NCBI GenBank assembly: GCA_026394215.1 | Contig: JAPKYR010000198.1 | Span: forward strand, 1 to 50,037 | Source of the DNA: a bacterium | Lineage (GTDB): Bacteria; JAJVIF01; JAPKYR01 | Direction: 5' to 3' | Length of the DNA stretch: 50,037 nucleotides | Shown here: in pieces, positions 24,387-32,759 of the stretch | How positions within the stretch are numbered: the first letter of the stretch is position 1 | Layout of the letters: each line of letters begins with the position of its first letter | Notes under the pieces: model-generated | Told to the model about the DNA's origin: nothing | What the model saw: the letters and a program-made list of their open reading frames with translations, nothing else | Database searches by the model: none | Translations under genes and position numbers: made by a program

Positions 24387-24441
24387 CCTTACCCCCCATC
24401 CCCCTCTCCAAAATTTGGAGAGGGGGCCAGGGGGTGAGGGG
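24387..24441. repeat. Long G/C-rich imperfect palindrome (hairpin) in a divergent intergenic region.
   Basis: Inner perfect 13-bp stem CCCCCTCTCCAAA (24400-24412) / TTTGGAGAGGGGG (24414-24426). The outer arms CCTTACCCCC / GGGGGTGAGG can pair after a 3x3 internal loop. Confidence 0.7.
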
Positions 24442-24498
24442 ATTCGCATATTATGGTAAAATGCTATTTTACGTTTCAACCGCTACGTACCAATAAAG

Positions 24499-25452
24499 GT
24501 GACTATGCTTCCTTCAATCGACCCAACCGAAATTGGATTTGTCCCCGTAACAGGTATTCTGGGGAGTAAAATTTCGTACACGCTTTCCCCCATGCTGCAT
24601 GCCGCTGCCGATAATGCATCGGGACGCATGGTCGATTTCCAGGTTTTCGATGTGCCCCCGTCCGGGCTTGACGGTTGGCTCAAGCAGGTTCTGCTGTTTG
24701 GCGAAGTGATCGGATTCAATGTGACAATCCCGCACAAAGAGGCTATTTTTCATCGGGTGGATGCGTGTCATGAGGAAGCGCGCCAGGTGGGATCGGTGAA
24801 TTGTGTCGGGATTAAGGAAGGCTTTTTAGTCGGCTACAACACCGACCGTCCCGCGCTGGGATCGGTAATCGATTCCGCGCTGAAAGAGAGCAACCTGCCC
24901 AGGGAGGATTGGACCGTAATAATTCTCGGGGCCGGAGGCGCTGCGCGCGCGGCATTGTGGGCTGTGCTCGATCTGAAAATCGCAAAAGAAATATACATTT
25001 CATCGAGAGCCGAAGATCGGAGATTTTTCATGCTTCTGCATGTGCAGGAAGAATGCGACGGGCGTGGGGTGAAACTTATCCAGGCCGACTGGCTCGACTG
25101 GGAAAAATTGGAGATCGGTAAAAACGGAAATCCCACAATGCTTATAAATACAACCCCATTGGGAAGTTCGGATGGAAAGGGAGGGATAAAGCTCCCGAGC
25201 CCGTTTATTCCGAATGAGGTACTATCCAAAATTTCGCTGGTCACGGATTTAGTATATGCGCCGTCCGTTACCGGATTGATGAAAAGTGCGATCAAGGCTG
25301 GGGTTCCGGCGGTCGGGGGGAGCGGGATGCTTATCGAGCAGGCGGTGAGATCGAGGTCGATATGGTTTGGCGAGGGGAAGGAAGAGGATGAGAGGGCTGC
25401 GATGGTCGCGGTGTACTCATCGTACGTATCGAAGCAGACGGAAGAAGGGTAG
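24499..25452 (+). CDS. aroE: Shikimate dehydrogenase.
   Basis: SYTLSPMLHAAA, GFNVTIPHKEA, GSVNCV...GYNTDRPAL, ILGAGGAARAALWAV. GTG 24499 or ATG 24505 could be the start. Confidence 0.85.
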   Translation: MTMLPSIDPTEIGFVPVTGILGSKISYTLSPMLHAAADNASGRMVDFQVFDVPPSGLDGWLKQVLLFGEVIGFNVTIPHKEAIFHRVDACHEEARQVGSVNCVGIKEGFLVGYNTDRPALGSVIDSALKESNLPREDWTVIILGAGGAARAALWAVLDLKIAKEIYISSRAEDRRFFMLLHVQEECDGRGVKLIQADWLDWEKLEIGKNGNPTMLINTTPLGSSDGKGGIKLPSPFIPNEVLSKISLVTDLVYAPSVTGLMKSAIKAGVPAVGGSGMLIEQAVRSRSIWFGEGKEEDERAAMVAVYSSYVSKQTEEG

Positions 25453-25454
25453 CG

Positions 25455-26672
25455 ATGACACTCAGATGGATGACAGCAGGGGAGAGTCACGGGCCCGCGC
25501 TAGTCGGGATAATTTCCGGATTTCCAGCAGGGCTTGAAATCGATTTCGATTTCATAAATTCGGAACTTGCGCGACGTCAGCAGGGTATCGGACGGTCCGA
25601 GCGCCAGCAGATTGAGTCGGATCGGGCGGAAATCATTACCGGAGTACGTAGTGGGGTCACCATCGGAAGCCCGATTGCGATAAGAATCGAAAACCGGGAC
25701 TTTGAGAACTGGCGAGATATTATGTCGGTCGAGTCGGTAGAATATATTAAAGAAATTGCTGGATATACATTTCCGCGGTCAGGGCATGCGGACCTTGCTG
25801 GGATGCTCAAGTGGGGCTTAAATGATGCCAGGAATGTTCTTGAACGCGCAAGCGGGCGCACCACCGCGATGACAGTGGCGATCGGGGCTATCGCGAAATT
25901 ATATTTGATGAAATTCGGCACATATATCAGTAACAGGCTGATCGAGTACGGTCCGGAACTTCTTGTCGTGGATGAAGATAAGCCGTTGAGCAACCGTGAT
26001 ATCGGGGACGGGCAGGAGTGGTTGCAGAATTTTGGAAAATTAAATACAGAGCAGGTCGAGAAAATCACGCGAGTTGTTGAGAATGCGAGGGAAGCGGGCG
26101 ACACGGTTGGCGGTGTGATTCAAGTGGTCGCGGCGGCTGTCCCGCCGGGGCTTGGATCCATTGCAATGCCCGATGAACGTCTCGATGCGCGGCTGGCATT
26201 TGCGGTAATGGGAGTTCCGGGAATTAAGGCAGTGGAAATCGGGGCCGGAATGGATCAGACATACATGGGTGGGAAAGAAGCACATGATGAGTACGCGATC
26301 GCGCACGACCCATTCGCGAAAAAATGGTATTCGAGGATGACAAATCTGGCGGGAGGAATCGAGGGCGGAATTTCGAACGGGGAGCCGATCTGCGTGAAGG
26401 CATGGATGAAGCCGCTTTCCACAGTAAAACCGCCTCTGATGTCGATCGACGTTTCTTCAAGGTCGGCAGTGCAACCTCCAGGTGGGGAGAGGTCGGATGT
26501 GTCGGCGGTGGAATCGGCGGCGGTGGTGCTGGAAGCTGTGGTCGCTCTGGAACTTGCGAAAGCGCATCGGGAGAAATTCGGAGGGGATTCGATGGGGGAT
26601 GTCGAGAGGGCTGTGGAGGGGTATATGGGGTGGATTGAAGGGGTCGCAGGGGAATCGGTGGATGATAATTGA
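25455..26672 (+). CDS. aroC: Chorismate synthase.
   Basis: MTAGESHGPALVGIISGFPAGL...RRQQGIGRSERQQIESDRAEIITGVR. 405 aa. The ATG lies 2 nt after the aroE stop. Confidence 0.9.
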   Translation: MTLRWMTAGESHGPALVGIISGFPAGLEIDFDFINSELARRQQGIGRSERQQIESDRAEIITGVRSGVTIGSPIAIRIENRDFENWRDIMSVESVEYIKEIAGYTFPRSGHADLAGMLKWGLNDARNVLERASGRTTAMTVAIGAIAKLYLMKFGTYISNRLIEYGPELLVVDEDKPLSNRDIGDGQEWLQNFGKLNTEQVEKITRVVENAREAGDTVGGVIQVVAAAVPPGLGSIAMPDERLDARLAFAVMGVPGIKAVEIGAGMDQTYMGGKEAHDEYAIAHDPFAKKWYSRMTNLAGGIEGGISNGEPICVKAWMKPLSTVKPPLMSIDVSSRSAVQPPGGERSDVSAVESAAVVLEAVVALELAKAHREKFGGDSMGDVERAVEGYMGWIEGVAGESVDDN

Positions 26673-26711
26673 ACCGATCCTGAAAATTATTTTATGAGAG
26701 GATGGGTTTAC

Positions 26712-26767
26712 GGGTGCCGACGACAAGCCGTAGCGAAGCGAAGGCTTGTCATGCGCCGGAGTCGCAT
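26712..26767 (-). repeat. REP/MITE-like hairpin element, short form, inverted orientation.
   Basis: GGGTGCCGAC-GACAAGCC-GTAGCGAAGCGAA-GGCTTGTC, followed by a second hairpin ATGCG-CCGGAGT-CGCAT. Its reverse complement aligns with the elements at 49154 and 49594. Confidence 0.7.
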
Positions 26768-26842
26768 GCCACGTAAATTTTCCTGCCTTCTTGATCCAAA
26801 CTGGTGTATATTGATATCATAAGTAACATACGGGATATTAAG

Positions 26843-28333
26843 ATGACATTGCAAAACCCACAGGATAAAGTCACAGTCAAATGCCCTTATTGCCGGGCAA
26901 ATGTGTCGGTCGACTCGGAGGCCATACGCAGGGGATTTCTCTGCGATTCATGCGGCAGAATTGTTAACCTTATGGATTCCGGCGAAACCAAATCCGATGT
27001 AAGTGAAAATAAGAATGAGCCTATCCAGTTTGTTTCCGCTAATTCACCGGTCAGGGTCATTTCGTATGTCGCGATTGCCCTGGTCGCTTTGATTATTATC
27101 GTGTTCGGGATGTCAACGCTGGGAATTATAAAATTATCCGTCGGTCAGCCCCAGGCACCACAGACCAATGTCCCGGTTCAAGCGCAGGGACAACCTCTGC
27201 CTCAACATCGGAATGAAAATACGGGAGGTAATCCATCTCATACACCGCCCGAAAATCAGAATATATCAAGCCCCGATGATCTTGAGTCAGATCCAGATGC
27301 GCCCGTAGTGAAGACTCTTCTTGATTTTATCAATGAAGCGGCATCGAGGCAGGAGGATGAGTCGTCCCTGTCGCTCCAGCTTAACCCGTCCGGTTCCGGG
27401 GAGAACGCAGAATTTATTCCCGAATCGGAAGTTGATTTAATCGCCGGAGTGACAGTGGTACTCCCCAGCGAAAAGTCGATTATGGTCGATGTGCTGAAGA
27501 TTTCCATGTCGGATGAATGGGTCGTTCTCGATGTCCAGGAGAGTTCGGTTGATTTCAGCGGTGAGTGGCAATCGTGGCGGGAGGTAATCGGCGCATCGTA
27601 TCTCTCGACAGAAACCGAAATACTGATGCTTCCTGCGATCGAAATGTGCGAAGGCTGGACCGATGGAACTGCCAGGGCTGGAGGCACGCGCCGTGGGACC
27701 ATAGCGTTTCCGAACAATTTATCGAGTCCCGTTGCTAATATGACCCTAACTTTTGCATACAAACCGGGCCTTCAGGAAGAAGGAAAAGTTGAGATCGAAT
27801 TTTCAATCGATCCGTCGAAGGTTATTGTAAATCCGATGTTCTCGGAATCCGGCGGTGATGGCTCGGAAAATTCAGGGGAAGAAGTCCTCGGCATTATTCA
27901 AGCCGGATTCGAATTGCTGAACCAGGATGATTATCAGGGGGCGATCGATCAGTTCACGCGCGCGATCGATATCGATCCGGCACAGTTCGACGCATGGAAC
28001 GGCAGGGGAATAGCAAAAAACCTGCTTGGAGAAAACCAGGATGCAATTTCCGACCTCAACCAGGCTCTTCAGGTAAATCCCGGAAGCCTGACCACGCAGA
28101 TTAACAGGGCGAAGGTCTATATCGAACTTCAGGACTATACCAATGCTATAGCCGATCTCGACTACGTGATCTCGGTCGATCCGTATATCGCCGAAGCGTA
28201 CTATTATCGCGCGTGGGTTTATTCGGCGCAGGGCGACGACACTAAGGCAGTTACCGAATTGACCCACGCGATTGAAAATGACCACCTATTATTTCGCCCG
28301 CGCGCTAGCGTACGAGAGGCTGGGCCAGAGTGA
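26843..28333 (+). CDS. Zinc-ribbon / single-TM / TPR-repeat protein; the 3' end is probably frameshifted.
   Basis: I prefer ATG 26843 over GTG 26804. CPYC...CDSC zinc ribbon, TM helix VISYVAIALVALIIIVFGMSTLGII, and C-terminal TPR repeats (YQGAIDQFTRAIDIDP..., NQDAISDLNQALQVNP..., YTNAIADLDYVISVDP..., DTKAVTELTHAIEND). Confidence 0.7.
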   Translation: MTLQNPQDKVTVKCPYCRANVSVDSEAIRRGFLCDSCGRIVNLMDSGETKSDVSENKNEPIQFVSANSPVRVISYVAIALVALIIIVFGMSTLGIIKLSVGQPQAPQTNVPVQAQGQPLPQHRNENTGGNPSHTPPENQNISSPDDLESDPDAPVVKTLLDFINEAASRQEDESSLSLQLNPSGSGENAEFIPESEVDLIAGVTVVLPSEKSIMVDVLKISMSDEWVVLDVQESSVDFSGEWQSWREVIGASYLSTETEILMLPAIEMCEGWTDGTARAGGTRRGTIAFPNNLSSPVANMTLTFAYKPGLQEEGKVEIEFSIDPSKVIVNPMFSESGGDGSENSGEEVLGIIQAGFELLNQDDYQGAIDQFTRAIDIDPAQFDAWNGRGIAKNLLGENQDAISDLNQALQVNPGSLTTQINRAKVYIELQDYTNAIADLDYVISVDPYIAEAYYYRAWVYSAQGDDTKAVTELTHAIENDHLLFRPRASVREAGPE

Positions 28334-28410
28334 TGCATCGGCAGCGGATATTCAAAAAGCCGAAGAATTGGGCGGAAACCAGGGCTGAGGTTTTTCCTGT
28401 TATGCGACCC

Positions 28411-28490
28411 GGCGACAAGCACGTGACGCCATGTAGAGTTACTGTAATTGGACCCATTTTTGGGCGTCACTGAGCTTGTCACCGGCACCC
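28411..28490 (+). repeat. REP/MITE-like element, long form (80 nt), copy 1.
   Basis: GGCGACAAGCACGTGACGC - 34 nt - GCGTCACTGAGCTTGTCACCGGCACCC. The arms are almost identical to the copy at 49933..50012. Confidence 0.8.
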
Positions 28491-28524
28491 CATAATAAAT
28501 TTCTAATTAGTGGAAAGAGTCTTT

Positions 28525-31374
28525 TTACTGCCATGTAACGACCCCTGTCGCGGAATCTCCGCCGGCACCGATGTCGTTTATGTTCCATGTCGAATTATCT
28601 CCGCAGCCCTGTGCGGCTTTTCCGGGCATATAAGAATCGGTCCCGCCAAGGTCGAGGAAAACTCCCCACGACCCCCGAGTGCGCCCGTCCGACCAGTTGC
28701 CGTTTCCTATCGATTGCTCGTGGGTGGTCAGATAATTATCGTTTCCGCCATAATCCACAAACACTCCGGTACCGCATTCGTTCCCGGCCCCGAGTGAATG
28801 CGCTGTGGTTGTATACGTATCGTCGCCGCCTTCTTCAAGAAAGAAAGTGTTCGAGAAATCGTGCCCGCCGCCGACTCCAACACCGGTCGTGGCGGTGTAT
28901 GAATCGTTTCCGAATCCCTTATTGATGAAGAACGCCGTGCCGTAGTGAGCTGATGCGCCATAGACATACCAGATTCCGTAGCAGGTGTCGTTTCCACCGT
29001 AGTCCGCGAGAATCCCGGTTCCATACCAGTATGCGCATCCGCCTCCGAAAACGCCGCACGAATATTCGTCATCGCCATCCTTGTCGAAAAGTATCCCCTG
29101 TCCGCCGGATTTCCAGATCGTGTCGTTAGGATAGTCCACGCCGTCATAGCGTATCCCGAATCCCTGTCCCTGGCTCATCGACATGTTATGGTCGGCGGTT
29201 TGCGCACTGGGATAAATAATATTCGTGTCGTTCGCGGTCCAGCGATCGTTGCCCTGGCCGTCGTAAGCGAGACCCCAGCCCTTCACAAACCCGAATCCCT
29301 GCGAGAACGAGTAGCAATCGTACTGGTCGTCGCCCCATTCGTCGATCATGAATCCCAACCCGTGATATCCCGATCCCTGGCCGCAGCCGTCGACATTGTA
29401 TGTGTCGTTCCCGCCGGAATCGAGTAACACGCCGACGCCGAAATTCGCGAATCCCTGCGTGTAGCGATAATTATCGTAAGTGTCGTTTCCGAAAACGTCC
29501 CATAAAATTCCGACCCCGCAACGTCCTGCGCCCTGCGAATAGTTCCAATCGCCCTGATCCTGATAAATATCATTCCCGGCAAGGTCGATGCAGATGGAGA
29601 ATCCGTTCTGTAGAGACGCATTTCCTCCTGCCTGACAGTTGTACGTGTCGTTTCCGCCCGGATCGAGAAGCAAAAGATATTCGTCGGCGGAATGCGTGTC
29701 ATCAAGGCTCGAACCGATTTTCACCATTCCGATCGGGGTATCCCACGACCATGCGGCAGAGGGCTGCGGCACATAATAAAGTCCAAGGTCGCGCATCCCG
29801 TCGATAGCCTGAAGAACCGGACTCGCGGCCTTGTACATGTTCGGATAATCGAAACCGTCCATCGCGTTCAGAACCGCATAATATATCGTGGCCGTATTAT
29901 AGAACCAGTTCGTGCCGCCCTCGAAAATGTAATCAAGATCCTGCGACGAGTACTGCGACAAAGATGTCTGTCTGTACAGATACCCATCCGCGACCGATTT
30001 TAAAATCGCCGCGGTCATATATTGGAGCGTCAGAGGTAATCCCGCGGTCTGGCTCGCGATCGTGCTTTTATCCGACTGCGAAAGGCTCGATCCTGCCGCG
30101 CTGTAAAGGGATTCCATCGCGTCCGCGATCGGGCTGGATGTCGGGATGTAGCTGAAACCTGCTGGCGCAAATGTCTCCCCTAGCTGCTGCGATCCTATCG
30201 TAAGGATATTGTTCAGGTTTGGCGGGTCTGTCTGGATTTCGAGATTATCGAGAAGGTTCATGCAGTATGGCACTGTCTTCAGTGGCTCGCGATGGATAGC
30301 ATCGTAATATGGAAGCCTTGTATCGCCGTAGTTTGTATCCGGAGCGAAATAATTCAGGTCCGTTCCTTCATATTTCATTGTGCTTTTTGTAAGGGCTGCG
30401 CCGGGGTTTCCATTATTCCACTTGTACATTGTCGCAAGGGCGGCTTCGAGCCGATCCTGCGCGAACGCCTTTATTTCGATTTCGACCGGCTCGTAAATCA
30501 TCGGACCTGTCGAGCTTCCAGCCTGAAGCCAGCAGTCATAAAATCCTACTCCAGCACCATAGGAATTCGAAACTGTCGCTTCCCAGAAATCTCCCACCTT
30601 CGTAAGGCTCACTGGCGATGTTGCCCCAAGAGCGCCGAGGTCGAGTTGCACAAACGCTATATCGTTCTGCCAGTCTTTTACTATAACCTGAATTTTTTCG
30701 GAGTAGGACGCGGTGTCCGCAAGGAAATCTATCGGCTTATAAATTTCCATTTCGTATGGTTCTTCGCAGTTGCCGGGAAAACTTGTCTCGAAGGTAAACG
30801 CTATCGAGCCTGCGTCGGGTGGAAGGATCAGACGGTAGGTTGCGATAAAAGTCGTGTGCGCAGCGAAGACACGATTCGAGGTGTCTTTGCTGAACGCCAC
30901 AAACGGATTGCGGTCGTAATCGCCGGGAAGGTCGAAAAGGTCGGTGTAATTGTCGTAATCCAGAAATTCCTGTCCGGGTTTCAGATAAAAAATCCCGCGT
31001 GTGTCGTATGCCGTTACTCCTGTGGGATTTGATATCTCGATCCTCAGGCTTATCAAATTCTGGACCGGATCATAAGTCAGAATATGAAGCTTGAGGCCGT
31101 TCGGGTTAAATGGCGGCAGGATGAATTGAAGAATATCGAAATGGAACTCGACGTCCTTTTTCTGCGCCCATTCGATTTCCAGTGTCTCATAATTGATAGT
31201 CGCTTCATAGACGCCCCAGAAATAATGGCCCGCCATATCGAACGACCTTTCCTGAGGGGTGATATCGACCGGTGGCGCGGCAGGGGAAGTATTTCCGCCA
31301 TGGGAACAACCCATCGATATCGCGGCGAGCATTCCGCCAAGGATAATGATTAATAACCAGGACCGCATTTTCAT
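28525..31374 (-). CDS. Large lipoprotein (~950 aa). The C-terminal ~380 aa consist of about 12 degenerate (G)GNDxY repeats (putative beta-helix or beta-roll).
   Basis: I chose start ATG 31374 (MKMRSWLLIIILGGMLAAISMG|C lipobox). The longer ORF to 31494 adds an implausible N-terminus. Repeats include LDPGGNDTY, IDLAGNDIY, WDVFGNDTY, LDSGGNDTY, IDEWGDDQY, YDGQGNDRW, FDKDGDDEY, ADYGGNDTC, KGFGNDSY, EEGGDDTY, VDYGGNDNY, LDLGGTDSY. Confidence 0.75.
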   Translation of the reverse strand: MKMRSWLLIIILGGMLAAISMGCSHGGNTSPAAPPVDITPQERSFDMAGHYFWGVYEATINYETLEIEWAQKKDVEFHFDILQFILPPFNPNGLKLHILTYDPVQNLISLRIEISNPTGVTAYDTRGIFYLKPGQEFLDYDNYTDLFDLPGDYDRNPFVAFSKDTSNRVFAAHTTFIATYRLILPPDAGSIAFTFETSFPGNCEEPYEMEIYKPIDFLADTASYSEKIQVIVKDWQNDIAFVQLDLGALGATSPVSLTKVGDFWEATVSNSYGAGVGFYDCWLQAGSSTGPMIYEPVEIEIKAFAQDRLEAALATMYKWNNGNPGAALTKSTMKYEGTDLNYFAPDTNYGDTRLPYYDAIHREPLKTVPYCMNLLDNLEIQTDPPNLNNILTIGSQQLGETFAPAGFSYIPTSSPIADAMESLYSAAGSSLSQSDKSTIASQTAGLPLTLQYMTAAILKSVADGYLYRQTSLSQYSSQDLDYIFEGGTNWFYNTATIYYAVLNAMDGFDYPNMYKAASPVLQAIDGMRDLGLYYVPQPSAAWSWDTPIGMVKIGSSLDDTHSADEYLLLLDPGGNDTYNCQAGGNASLQNGFSICIDLAGNDIYQDQGDWNYSQGAGRCGVGILWDVFGNDTYDNYRYTQGFANFGVGVLLDSGGNDTYNVDGCGQGSGYHGLGFMIDEWGDDQYDCYSFSQGFGFVKGWGLAYDGQGNDRWTANDTNIIYPSAQTADHNMSMSQGQGFGIRYDGVDYPNDTIWKSGGQGILFDKDGDDEYSCGVFGGGCAYWYGTGILADYGGNDTCYGIWYVYGASAHYGTAFFINKGFGNDSYTATTGVGVGGGHDFSNTFFLEEGGDDTYTTTAHSLGAGNECGTGVFVDYGGNDNYLTTHEQSIGNGNWSDGRTRGSWGVFLDLGGTDSYMPGKAAQGCGDNSTWNINDIGAGGDSATGVVTWQ

Positions 31375-31589
31375 CACCCGCTTGTGAATTTGTCTGACGG
31401 TATAATAAATAATAAAATAAAAAAAAACGAAGTTGTCAGGTGTACAGAACGTCCGAAATAAGCCCTTTTCCCAAGGCTTTGTAAATGATACCATAAAGTC
31501 CTAAGCAGATAGAAGGTTAACCAATTGACCTGAAAAAATGACGTTTGTAAATTTTGCGAAAAATTATGACTTTCCTAAAATTCCCATCA

Positions 31590-32759
31590 CTATTCAACTT
31601 CATCCCAGTGAGCTTTCATCGCCGGATTGTCCCTGGTCGGCACGATCAGAATAAGTTTCGTACCTTCACCCGATTTTGAACTAATGTCAAACTCCGCGCT
31701 GATATCGGCGGCGCGCTCGCGCATCCCGAGCAAACCGTAAGACGCGTATTTCTTCTGGTCGCTGTTCACATTTTCTATTTCGAAACCGCAGCCGTCATCC
31801 TCGACGATCAGGATTACCTTGTCTTTCAGATATTTCAGATGTATCCATGCGATAGAGCATTTTGAATGTTTTTTGATATTGTTAAGAGCTTCCTGCGCGA
31901 TTCGGAACATGGTCAGGTTGATGAGATTGCCGAGGGGATAAGCCTCACCATCGACAGCAAACCTTATTTCAGGTCCGCTGGAATCTTTCGCGGCGGAAAT
32001 CACACGTTTGATAGTCGCGACCAGCCCGAGGTCCTGAAGCGTCATCGGCCTGAGATCGAAAATAAATCCCCTGATCTCATCAAGAGCGCCCTGCGCGATG
32101 CCTTTCATCTTTGCCAATTCCTTCGGGACCTGGGTCGGGTCTTTCTCGAAAATTTTCGAGAGAATATCCATGCGAAGTACTACGTTGGCGATAGCCTGCG
32201 CGGGTCCGTCATGGATTTCGCGGGCGATGCGCTGCCTCTCAAGCTCCTGAGAACGGATGATCGCCGACGATCCCATCGAGCTTCGCGTTTCGGTTCCGGT
32301 TGACTGATTCGGGATAATCTGCGATTGCGTCTGCTTCTGAACCACATTTTCAGTATGTTTACGGAGTGCGACTTTTACGATATCGAGCGCATTGATAGTA
32401 TTCATCAATCGCTCGCGGAATCCGTTATATACGTCGGCAAGGCGCGAGGTTTGCCTGGGTTGAACGACCTCTTCCTCAACAAGGTCAAGAATCGATATTA
32501 AATTATTCTGTGCCTTGTAAAGATTCGCCTGGCCTTCAGTTGGGTTTCCATTGCTGGATTCAGGGTTGGGAAAATGATCATCAAGGGTAGCGAGAGTATG
32601 CAGAAGCGTCACAAGCTCCTCGACACGGTTGCGTTTGACCACCCCTTCGGCTTCGATCTCGGTGAGCTTATCCTCAACCGATTCGAGGTCCTTTTTAAGG
32701 TCCGACCTCACGCGGTCCAAATGTTGTAAGGCTATTTCACCGGGACTTGTGTTCTGCAT
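31590..32759 (-). CDS. Cytoplasmic DegS-like sensor histidine kinase (HisKA_3 type).
   Basis: H-box REIHDGPAQAIANVVL. HATPase_c boxes EALNNIKKHS, VEDDGCGFEI, YGLLGMRERA. No TM helix, and a coiled-coil-like N-terminus. Confidence 0.8.
   Translation of the reverse strand: MQNTSPGEIALQHLDRVRSDLKKDLESVEDKLTEIEAEGVVKRNRVEELVTLLHTLATLDDHFPNPESSNGNPTEGQANLYKAQNNLISILDLVEEEVVQPRQTSRLADVYNGFRERLMNTINALDIVKVALRKHTENVVQKQTQSQIIPNQSTGTETRSSMGSSAIIRSQELERQRIAREIHDGPAQAIANVVLRMDILSKIFEKDPTQVPKELAKMKGIAQGALDEIRGFIFDLRPMTLQDLGLVATIKRVISAAKDSSGPEIRFAVDGEAYPLGNLINLTMFRIAQEALNNIKKHSKCSIAWIHLKYLKDKVILIVEDDGCGFEIENVNSDQKKYASYGLLGMRERAADISAEFDISSKSGEGTKLILIVPTRDNPAMKAHWDEVE

Noticed and set aside
26324-26638. Gly/Arg-rich alternative-frame ORFs inside aroC (26324..26638, 26482..26697).
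   Set aside because: They are frame-shadow products of a GC-rich coding region, and aroC motifs are continuous in the annotated frame.
31375-31494. N-terminal extensions offered by the ORF track: 28525..31494 (40 extra aa), 43525..43617 for glmM, 46637..46654 for alr, 49876..49992 for the XRE gene, 2710..2805 and 3828..3869 for pilins.
   Set aside because: Internal ATGs with an RBS give canonical N-termini (lipoprotein signal, MARYFGTDGIRG, prepilin leaders). The extensions overlap upstream genes or repeat elements.
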